A stretch of DNA of 64,000 nucleotides from Takakia lepidozioides (taxonomy: Eukaryota > Plantae > Bryophyta): NCBI GenBank assembly GCA_030704615.1, contig CM060732.1, positions 5,704,001-5,768,000 of the forward strand. Direction: 5' to 3'. Made by a program: the position numbers and the translations under genes. The notes under the pieces were generated by a model. The model worked only from the letters and a program-made list of their open reading frames with translations, did no database searches and was not told the origin of the DNA. Positions within the stretch are counted from its first letter, which is position 1, and the number at the start of each line of letters is the position of its first letter. Below are positions 1 through 10,412 of the stretch, piece after piece.

Positions 1-399
1 CCATCCGGGCCCCATTAAAGGAAGTCCGGTCGGGTGGTGAGGCCGAAAACTGGACGATATAAAAACCTCCCAGGATGGAAAAACGGCGCCGAATTTCCGT
101 CCGGGGCCGTTCCGATTTCCCTCTAGCAGTCGAGGAGTTCATGAAAAACTTGTCTAAAAATGGACTTCAGCCACAAAACTAACAGTTTACTGTGTTTTTC
201 TAGAGTGTGGGTGCAGATTCACGCCAAGAGGGCCAGACTTCAAGCTCCCCGAGTAACTATGAAGCTACAAAAACCTGCATGGGTGAGATGGTCAACTGGA
301 CAGCAACGGCACAATTGATAAAAATCAGACATTGTTATGAAGGCATCTTCTTCAGCACATTTCACCTGTTTCTCCCTCCCTCTTTTTTTAGAAATCGGT

Positions 400-1090
400 C
401 CAAATTTCCATGTTGAATATGCCAGTGTTCACGGTTGAGTGAATCTAGTTTGGAGTTCCTTTGACATGATAACGGCTATGTGACAACAGGAAAGTATCAA
501 AAAACAAGTATCAGACATGAGGAGAAGCTGTGGAATGAATTCTTTTCTGCCCCCCGTCAATGATGGGGACAACCGAGGCAAAAAAGGTGAATGCCTGCTA
601 CATTTCAGAGAGTAGCATCAGCAATTTAGCATAGGAACTAGTGTGATAAGCTGAGTTGGGTGTTTCATAGAACAAATGTAGGTTGTCATTGTCACTACTA
701 GCAGCAAGGCAAGGATGAATGCATGATTTGTCAGGGGCATGGTAGCTGAGGAGCATGGATAGAGTGGTGGTCCAGATTCATCCTAGAGGGCCAAATTTCA
801 AGCACAAGATTTACTATGATTCCCCGTGGATCAATAACTACAAAGAAACCTCCCATGTGTAGCTGGTCTAATTCCGTGGAACTCGCTGAAGTCTTGCTTA
901 TGAGGATCAGAACTGCTTTGACTTGCACGAGGCCTTGACCCTTAGGCAACCCCAGAGCAGTAGTAGCTTTTGGCTGTCTTTTTTTACTTTTTGTGTTTTT
1001 CATTTTTGTCCCTAAGCTCTTTGAGCTTTCCGCAGATGTAATAAAGTAACATTTTGTTTCATTTCATTCAATTTTCATTTCATTTTGTTT
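400..1090 (+). mobile_element. Degenerate 3' end of a non-LTR retrotransposon (RTE/RTEX-like LINE) with AATAAA and (CATTT)n tail
   Basis: GAGGATCAGAACTGC...TTGACCCTTAGGCAACCC and AAGCTCTTTGAGCTTTCCGCAGATGTAATAAAGTA followed by CATTT repeats (about 900-1090) recur at about 20050-20230. The clade is inferred from the tail and the C-terminal ORF pattern. The 5' boundary is approximate. Confidence 0.5.
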
Positions 1091-3577
1091 CATGGCATGT
1101 CTTTCATCGTTGTGCATTTCTAATGCATGATTAAGTTCTCTTGTATGGCAATACTAGTCGACTCACTACAACACACCAACTCCAAAGCATGAATCACTAT
1201 GAGTGATTTGTTCAAGTAATTTTGAGGCACGTCATGTAAAGTAGTAAAGCAGTGGTTGCGTCCAACATTCCGCAGTCGCCATTTCCCACTCGGCATGTAG
1301 CAACTGCAAAGTTATGTGGTCTACTACCACGTTTGCCCCAGGCCCGTTTGCAACGTGGCAGCAGTGGTGCTCCGTCGTGGCGCCGCCACGTCGGCATCAG
1401 CCACCTCCATCGTCTTCCACTCTCTTCCATGTTTCATCAACGCTCTCTTTCATGAGTCGGTCCACTCATCACGATGTAAAGTCAAAGTCAGCCCAAAAGG
1501 TCAGACACAGCACAAGGCACTGCCCGCCTGGTTACTCCACGTGGTTCTTCAGCATTAATCGCATTAGATCGTTGAGCAAATTGTTCGCCCGTCTGCGTCC
1601 TTTACCACTCCAATCATTGGATGTCCAACCCAACTACCCACGTCTTTTGTAACTTCCCAGTCCGATCCCAGTTTTTTTACTTTACGACTCAAAATGTAGT
1701 CGTTACCACCCCAGTGGTATATGACACGAATGCTTCTAGTGGTTGGACATGTGGAGGACCCCATGTCAAGAAAGATTGCCCAGAAAGTGGCAAAGGGCGG
1801 ACAAGCACAGCTTGCACCGTTGCAGTGTGAGCATTGCGGCAAGTATGGGCATGGAGATGCCCAGTGTTTTATGACTTGCACCTGAGTTGCGGCAAGGGCC
1901 CAGTTCCAAGAACGATAGTGCCCGAGGGGCGAGGTGGACACCTCAGAGAGGACGGGTGATCAGGCACGATGTGTGGGACGAGGGCAAGCACATTATGGCC
2001 AAGTACGTGGAGGTCGGGCGTTGACCAAAGCATGGCCAACCTGCTTCCGCCCAACCTAGAGCAAGGCTTGCTGCCATGGGTGGGGGGGTTGGGTCGCCAT
2101 GCTCCAGGTGTACACCCACCGAAGCGTCCAAGACCTGAGGTCCACCTCCTGTTTCCTCCTCAGTAGCGCATCCTGACGGAGGAGACATGGAGCATTGGAT
2201 TATGTGGGGGCAGCATTACCACTAGTGCAGGTGGAGTCTGCTGCAAGCCGTCACTCGGGAAGCAGCACGAGTTTCCTGAGCCACGAGGTGCGAGGTGGAG
2301 TTTAGATCCACAACGTGGGGAGGCAAGCCATGAGGCTAGGTTTGCCTCAATTATTCATCTTGGGGGAGACAGTGGTCGACGACATCCTGGCACCTAGTTC
2401 TCGTCCGCAGTTAGCACTGGCACCGTCTGCCAATGCTAGTGCAACAGTGTGTGTTGGGAGGCATCCACCTCTGTGTGTCAAGCCCCACTGTTCTCGGCAA
2501 CCATGATCGCGACGCTGGGGGTAGACCGCTGTAGTGTTCAGACTAGCAGCAACACTTCTGCGAGAGTGAGGAGGTCCTTAAATCTTCTGCGGAGTTTTGG
2601 GGAAGGTATAGTGGCAGAGGGATCCCTCGGATTTGAGGTCCAGACTGCCACGGCTGTTCCATGGCAAGCTGCAGCTGCCAGGTTGACAGAGCTGCCAGCT
2701 AGACCAACCTTTGAGCGCGCCATGGGTGACACCTGAATTTTGTCTTGTTAGACAACGCAGGATGACATTTTCTCTTTGAGTGGACTGCAGGCAAGGTACC
2801 GGCCACTGTGGGTCTTGTTTGGACCTCGGGAGCTTAGCCACTGATGTTGGGCAGAGTTGCTTATTGCAGGTTTTGGGGCTCATGGAGGCGAATATGGAGC
2901 CTTGTCCTTTCCAGATACAGACATCTCTGGGAGGATCAAAGCAGGCTCGGTGGTGGCAATGACAACACGCGTGAACCCTCGTTGGCCATTATAACCTACA
3001 AAACCCGAGCTAATCAGTCCCTCTAGATGGCTCAGTGATGCAAGCCAGGCCATTGTGACAGATTCTGTCTCTTACATGTCACTCGTTGGTGGGGCAAGTG
3101 TTATAATCCCATGTGGCTTCAACCCTGGATTTTTTTGGGAGGAGTACATCCTACACAACAAGGCCTGGATGGCAGTCAGGGGATGGTCGTTGTGTACCCT
3201 CCACTTTGACATTCATTGGGGTGTTGCTTGCTGCCCAGCGGGGCAAGATGCCAACACTAGCAATCAGCCTTCACAGCTGCAGTTAGTTTGGCCTGGAAAG
3301 TTGCCTGGAGGACAATGCCCCATGCAAAGGATGTGCCACCCTCCCAGCAGAGCAAGATACAATGCATGGTACGGCGGAGTTGCCTGCCATGGTTGCTCCA
3401 CTCCAAATTGTGGGGTACGAGCAGGATTTGCAGCAGACTGCGGATAGACATGTGCAACAGCCTGGGTAGAGGCCTTCATACCGTCAGGAGGAGGAGGGAG
3501 TGCGGTGATTGCACACCTGTAACCACCTCAGTTGTCGCCATTAGACACCAATACCTCTTGTGTTGCCAGTGCCCCGT

Positions 3578-3960
3578 ATTCAAGGCATATGCCTTCTGGA
3601 CTTGTTTGGCGGATCAGCACTGGATTGGCTGCAGTGCTGGCAGGCGGGTGTACGAGTTCGGACGTTACCCTGTATGTGGAGAGTGATTAGACTACACGAC
3701 CGCATCTCACTGCGCCATGTTGCTCATGGTGCAGCAGTACCCTGATTTGTTGCCCGTGTCTGTAGTTCGTGGATACCACAGCAAGCATTGCTCAGCCAGA
3801 CATCTCTTTTTGCTGGGGTCGCCGTGATTTGGAGCGGGTTGACCCTATTCACAATTGGATGGTAGGTGTTGGCCCCTCCAATGTCGATTCATCATCAGCC
3901 GGGCATGACAATGGGTTTTACACGACTCAAGGTCACTGTCGATGGTTTTATTTTTTACTG
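3578..3960 (+). pseudogene. Decayed C5-cytosine DNA methyltransferase domain (motifs I-V) inside the gypsy polyprotein
   Basis: Reading across 1-nt indels gives GICLLDLFGGISTGLAAVLQAGVRVRRYLYVESD...QQYPDLLP...DIS..GRRDLERVDPIH..V.GWPxQ..SSAG...GLHDSRS. This matches motif I (FxGxxxG), II (YxxVE.D), III (DI), IV (G.PCQ..S.AG) and V (D.R). Parts are visible in ORFs 3560..3745 and 3769..3990. Confidence 0.7.
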
Positions 3961-6900
3961 GTACCAGGACGTCGGTGCCTCTCTCCTTAGTCAATCACTG
4001 TCGTCAGGTATTGTTTTCACTCAATTGTGATCTCATTGTCTTTACCCTGGATTATCGCTTGGCTATGGCTGAGTAGCGCCGAGTACGGAGTACACTTTCC
4101 TTGATGGTCTCCCTGCCTACCGAGAAAGTACAGGCAGCGAGTGGGGGCGAACAGGTGAGGACCACAGAGGTGCAGGCCGCATCCATGGCACACGTGGGAG
4201 GTGCCTCAAGGTTCAAAAGAAGTTGGTAGCCAAGGCGGCGTGATGGATGAGGTTTAGGGATTTTTCTCGGGTTGAGGAGGTCCTCAAGGATGGTATGATG
4301 GGCAGGATGAGACATTGTCACTGACAGAGGAGGCAGTGGTCACTGCTCAAGAGGTTGCAGCATAGCAAACCACGGGACGCATCTTCTACCTCTAAGCCTG
4401 CTGAAACTCAAGGTTGCAGTCACGGAGACCACTGGGAGCCCTGATGTTGGACCTATAGTCACCGGAGGAGAAACACGACGTATAGGCGGTTCTTGAGGGC
4501 TTATAGGAACTGCTTTGCCTTCAGTTTGAAGGACTTAGGAGCACTGATGGGTCAAGAGATTCGCATTGAATTGGCTACTGACACGCCAATCTTCAGAGAC
4601 CCATAGATACAGGGACATGGAGAGGTCCTTGATTTAGATGATAGAACTCATGCACCTTTGGGAGGCTGGTTTGGTGGACCTCTGGGGGAGAGTATGCTTC
4701 AGCCACAGTGATGCCGCCAAGAGGATGTCTATGTCAATTGGACGGAGAGACGTATGTGCGGTGATTACCGGCCTGTAAATCGTCAGACCAAGTCCCTTAG
4801 GGTATGCCATGCCGACACCAGAAGGAGATCTTTGATGCCATTGGGCATGCCAAGGGTTTCCCTTAGCACTTTGGATTTACGATCCGGATATTCACCAGTT
4901 GCCAATCAAGGAGGCGGATAAGCAGAAGACGACATTCTGGGGGATCAATGAGCACGGGGAAGGATTGCCTATACCAGTGGCGGTTCTTACCCATTTGGGC
5001 TTAATAACGCTCCGGCAGAGTTTGAGAAAGTCATGGATAGGATTCTAGCAGGGGTGGAGTTTGCTCGTGCTACATAGATGACATCATCATCTTTAGTGCT
5101 TACGGTGGAGGACATGAACACCTTCAGGTGATATTTGAGCGCTTGAGGGCGCACACGGATTGAAGTTAAGCCGGGGAATGCAAGTTTTTTCCACAACCAA
5201 TTGAGTATCTGGGTTACATGATATATCCTGGAGGATTGGGGGTACAGCAGACTAAGGTAGAGCCATTGCACAGATTCCACGCCCCAACGGATGTGAGCCG
5301 AGTTTGAGCTTTCATGGGGTTAGCAAACTATTATAGACGGTTGGTTTAAGGGATTTAGTGTGCCATTGCAAAGGCTCTAACCAAACTGACAAGGGTGGAC
5401 CAGGAGTGGCAGTGGAAAGATGACAGAACAGCTTTTCATTTCAAGAGCTCCAGGCAAGGTTGACCTCGTCACGCCCATCTTGAGACGATCTATCAGGTGG
5501 CTTCCTTTTCAGCTGCATACAGATTTGAGCATGTTAGGGCTTGGAGCGGTGCTCACACAGGTGGATGATGAGGGAAGAAGTTCGTAGTGGCTTATGCTAG
5601 CCGCTCGAACAACGCTGCAGAGGTCTAAGTATAGCTCATATGAGGGATAATGCTTAGCTGCAGTGTGGGGCCCTGGCACACTTCAGGTGCTATCTATAAC
5701 GGCAATCTCTTCTTCAACCCTTGTCACGGATCACACCATCACTCAAGTGGTTTATGGAGTCAGACAAGCTTACGGGAAGCTTGCACGGTGGGCACTCATC
5801 TTCAAGAGTATGACTTTCAGGTTGTGCATCGACCGGTTTGGTGCAATCGGGATGCAGATGGGTTGAGTCGGCAATCCATGCACGAGCCAGCAGGATGACC
5901 TGGAGCTCGGTGGCATGGGAGACGGACGGAGGAGATGGTGCCCGGATGGCATGCATCTGCATTTCTGTGTATCTTGGCAGCGGAAGGGCGAGGTTGGACC
6001 TCTGCAACAGGGATGACTGTAGATCAAGTGTCTGAGGACCTGAGGCCAGCAATGAGCAAGGTGGCGCCAAAGATATACATGAGGATTCAGCTGTGTTGGA
6101 CTACCCTCCGCACTGGATCACACAGCCACTGTGACTGCAAGGAGAGGGGATCGGATTCCTACACGAGCCAAGAGGTTCAAGTGGGAGGGGACACACCTTG
6201 CTCCAAGTGTGGGAGGATGGTCGGTGAGGATTGTGCCTCACACCCCAACATAGTGGGCACGTTTAGTGGCGGCATGCCCATGAGGAGTTGGGGCATTTTT
6301 GGGGTGCGACGCACCCATAGGCTACTTGCAGGGGCAATATTGGTGGCGTGGTATGCATACAGAGGTGCAACAATTTGTGGCTAGGTGCATGGTGTGTGAA
6401 CAGGGTCGTGCTTCATTCAACGCCCCTACTCCACAATTGCACCCTCTTCCGATCATGGGATTGGGCTACAGGTGGAGTCTTGACTTCGCAGGGCCTTGTA
6501 ACTACCATGCGCCACAACAAGTACGTGTTATGGTGGAGCACTTCTCTAAGTGGATCGAGTTGGTTTCCATTGCCTGATAAGGCTAGTGAGGGAGCTGCGT
6601 ATGCATTCTTGGATTGTGTACTTAGCCGATTCGGTGCTCCAGCTGAGGTACTCACGGACTAAGGGAGAGAGTTCTTGGGGGAGTTTCAGGCTTTATGTGA
6701 CAAGGCCTTGGTAGACCACCGCACCACTTCTCGGGATCATCCTGAGGCTGATGGCTTGACAGAGAGGGTTGTTCAGACAGCAAAGAGGGGTTTGCGCAGT
6801 ACGTCCTTGCAGAAGGGAACACCTAGGAGCCTTGGGACCTTCAGTTACCCTGGTTTCCATGGGCTAAGCAAACAAGCTCACTGCCTCCTTCTCACCATAT

Positions 6901-7364
6901 CTTTCTTCTCTTTGCCGAGAGCCGGATTTGCCTACATCCATTCGTAGAGAGCTGCTACAGTTCTTAAACTTGATGATCCGGACGTGTGGGCACGTGCATG
7001 TGATCAGCGTGCAGAGTTGTTCAAGAAAGTCATGCCCATGGCTTTCGATAATTTTGCCATTACACAACATCGTGATACGTTGAGGTATGCTACCATACGT
7101 GGTGGGGGCTATTGTCCTGGGATCCGGAGATTTAATCCTGGTGACTATGTTTATCTGCAGCACACAGCTCCTACGACCTTGGATGTGACTGCAGGACGTG
7201 TTATTTTGAGGGTTCGAGAGGTATTGCCCTCAGGCGTCTTGATCTTGGAGGGTCGGGATGGCATAACTTGGAAGGACCATGTGCGTAATTCTGCGCCATG
7301 TCACCTTCCGAATGTCGATGGCAGGATTGACCCAAACCTGGCAGTGGTACCTGCAAGTTTGAGG

Positions 7365-7507
7365 TGCATGTTGTGTAGGTCTGCTAGAGGGGCAGCCACC
7401 ATGCTGGTGTTGATCGATGCTCTAGAGGTTGGCATATGGGATGTTTGACTCCACCTCTTGAGATGGTTCCTGATGGGGATTGGTTATGTCCGCATTGCAT
7501 TGGATAG
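7365..7507 (+). pseudogene. PHD finger (C4HC3) at the integrase C-terminus
   Basis: Restoring one base at about 7410 gives CMLCRSARGAATMLV(C)DRCSRGWHMGCLTPPLEMVPDGDWLCPHCIG*, which has canonical PHD spacing including WxCxxC. Confidence 0.9.
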
Positions 7508-7766
7508 TGGGAGTGGATACAACCATGGAAGGTTAACAAGAAATGCAAGGCCAAGCTACTAGGAGACCTTGAACACACGAGATCCTGGCTCAAGTTCACA
7601 GATTGCAAGACGGCGACTAACGATGGGGCTACTCTTGTACCCGGCCTCTTGGTCTATAGAGTTTGAGTACAATAGGGACAGTGATAGAGGACTTAGTACG
7701 GCTGTGGCTATTACATCTTGTAGCTATCTGGAGTTAAAGGGACTAAGCACCAGCTATGGGGGCGAT

Positions 7767-8203
7767 TGTGGCAGACTACTTTATTGTCCATATATATGTA
7801 GTGTAGTTTGGACAGCGATGTAGTTGTGTAGCGATACGTATGCGCACGACAGCTGTCAAGTTAAATAAATACAGTGTGAAACTAACTAGAATAAAGTTAG
7901 TTATTTGTATTTAACACTTGGATTTAGTTCAAGTGTTAAGTCAGGTGTCAAGTTTAGCTTGACACTTGAACCATCTTATCTTCACGAGAGCGTCAGTCGT
8001 GCGGCTCATCTCTCTCGAGTTGAGCCTGCACGACCGAGCTCCTTCACTGCTTAGAATCTGAGTGTGCTTATGAAGGGAGAATAGGATGTTGTGGGGTGGA
8101 GTCCCCATAGCTTGGGGTGCCCCTGGCTCGACTCTTAGTTTAACGAGTGATGGTGTTGTATTTCATGTTCTTGTGTCAACAGTGTGAGTCTAAGTTACTA
8201 TCA
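7767..8203 (+). repeat. Putative 3' LTR (TG...CA)
   Basis: Starts TGTGGCAG right after the PPT and ends TTACTATCA. It contains TATATAT and AATAAA. No 5' LTR is present in the window. Confidence 0.6.
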
Positions 8204-8204
8204 T

Positions 8205-8289
8205 TGTGGCAGACTACTTTATTGTCCATATATATGTGGTGTAGTTTGGACAGCGATGAAGTTGTGTAGCGATACGTATGCGCATGACA
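8205..8289 (+). repeat. 85-bp direct repeat of 7767-7851 (LTR start)
   Basis: TGTGGCAGACTACTTTATTGTCC...GCGCAYGACA occurs twice with 3 mismatches. Confidence 0.95.
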
Positions 8290-9130
8290 TGTGTATTGCC
8301 CTTGCTCAAAGCTGGGAACTCCTTGATGAAGTTTGCACAAGCTCGTGACACTTTTGTGGTTGATTTCATCACAGCAGTGAAAATCTGCCAATCTGACCTC
8401 TATGCTATGTATACAGATGCCTCGACGGCATTTACAGGCCCCGAGTTTGCTGAATTTCGAAGTCTGGCTGAGGTCAATCATTCCACCTTAATATTATTGT
8501 GGGTTTCAGATCCTGCTACTTCAACAGACCATTTAGCAATTGAGTGTCAAGGAAAACATGTTTGGGCCAAGCACATGAATATTCAGACTGGGGAAATGGT
8601 TTGGGTCACTAGGGAGGTTTGGAGGAGGGTGTTGGCTGATGTTCAGACTCAGTGTAAGGATGCAGCAGCACAATTTGTAAGGGAGTTGGAAGGACGTTTT
8701 CCAGCCCAAATCCTCATGGAGGCTATGGGTATTGTATACCCCCAATTCTGGACACGCCATGATGCTGACATGGGGTTTCTTCACCATCTCAATGTCATCT
8801 AGGGGACATATTGCTCTCCTAAGCGGGCTGGTAATATGACTGTTCCAGCTCTTTTGAATGCACAAGATTTGGACTTGACAGCCAAGATCCCCGATTACAT
8901 GAAGATCGCTAAAATAGCTATAGCACAGGTTATAGGCAGTGTGGAAGACGAGCGCACATTTAGCACTCTCACTTTTGTCAAGTCAAAGCTCAGGAATAGG
9001 TTGACAGAGCATTTGCCACTTGTAGTGCGCATGTTTGCACATAAGTTCTTTACCATTGACACTTTCCCTTTCGGGAGAGTGTATTGTGCAGTGGAAAGAT
9101 GCCAAGACTCGCTATGCTTTCAATGCATAG
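8290..9130 (+). pseudogene. hAT-family transposase remnant (ZNF862-like, C-terminal dimerisation domain), interrupted at its 5' side by the gypsy element
   Basis: PDYMKIAKIAIAQVIGSVEDERTFSTLTFVKSKLRNRL fits the hAT dimerisation motif (S...ER.FS.L..IKS..RNRL). Upstream helical region LPLL...NSLMKFAQARD. Confidence 0.8.
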
Positions 9131-10412
9131 GGGCTGCCACAAAGAGTAATAACAATCTGACAGAATGTTTATTTTTGCTCTCATATTTCAATTATGTTCT
9201 CTTTTTCTTTGGGCATGGTCATTCTTGTTCTATTGCAGGTGAAGATCAACATTACTGTTTGGAGTCTAGAAGGCATGAGCTTCATTGCATTTCTGGTTTT
9301 ATGTGTATGTGTAGGCTGGGTTGGGTTGTAGGGTGCGGGTCACTCATGTCGGATTGGTCGAAGTCCTTACGGACTGGGGTTCATTGTTCATGTTATTTGC
9401 TATGCTCTGATTGTATTCTGGTTTCTAACATTGACTTGGACATGTAATGCTTGCATGTGTATTGTTGCTTTGGGTGGGGTTTGCATGATTGATGAATGAA
9501 TGCAATCTGCCCCACACTAGTATAATTTCGCCAGTCTGCTTACAACCATATAACTCACATCGCTAAAACTGCTACAGTAAAAACTGAACAATAGCCAAAA
9601 CTATTCGACACAAGACAATTCACAGTCGCCTTCTTCACTTACACATGAGCAGTAAAAATCGCCTTCATTTTCAATGATCAATCCTGCTTTATAGCCACAA
9701 CTGCCGACTTCACTGCTCAGTTTGTCGCCAGTAGAGCAACATGCATAAGACCAAAAAAAAAACACTGTGATGCAGGTGGAAAACTAGATCAATATATCCA
9801 TGTTTAGGGGTCAATCTGGGCTCTCTGTGGCACATTGTTGAACAGTCTATTGGTACATCTGCTCCCCACATATGGGGGTTGAAGCAGGAGTAAATTGACC
9901 TTACCCAACGCGGGTGGAGAGACTTGTTCTCTCCCTTCCCTGCAAAGGCGGGCAAAGCACAGATTCCATCTGAAGGAGGCAAAATAAACCTTGCTTGCTT
10001 GGCCTCGGAATAGGAGAGTTTGCATTGCCCTCAGCAAGGCACCTGGACAGGCCAACATGAACGTGCCAAATCAAACAAAGATGGTTGACGAAGCCATCTG
10101 CATTTTTTGACCAATGGATATTTCAAACCATCTACCATCAGAAGATCAGAGATGATGGCCTTCCTGATAAGAATTCGAGGCTGAGCTTTAGGTGGGCTGG
10201 TTTTTTATCTCTGCTTCTCTCGCTCTGGAGTGTAGCTTGCCTTGATGCAAGATGAATGAATCTGATAGGATCACAGACAAAGCCGATCAAGCTTGAATCC
10301 AAATGGGACCTCAAATTTGCAGCATGGAATTAGTGCTGGGCAGTAATGCTTTGTGGTGTGCCTCCACGCAATGCAAGACAATGCAGCGAATGGATGCACA
10401 AGCACCACTAGT

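Larger units (their letters stand above)
1620..8203 (+). mobile_element. 5'-truncated, frameshifted Ty3/gypsy LTR retrotransposon (gag zinc knuckles-PR-C5 MTase-like-RT-RNaseH-IN-PHD-3'LTR)
   Basis: Zinc knuckles WTCGGPHVKKDC and CEHCGKYGHGDAQC (about 1740-1870). Protease DSGA*PLMLG...LEPCPFQIQTSLGG (about 2820-2940). RT pieces RMCGDYRPVN, STLDLRSGY, LPFGLNNAPAEF, Y*DD (4750-5090). RNaseH LHTD...GLGAVLTQ...VAYASR (5510-5610). Integrase WSLDFAG, EHFSKWIE, SRFGAPAEVLTD, HPEADGLTERV (6470-6780). G-rich PPT (GGGGGCGAT) lies just before TG at 7767. Confidence 0.92.
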
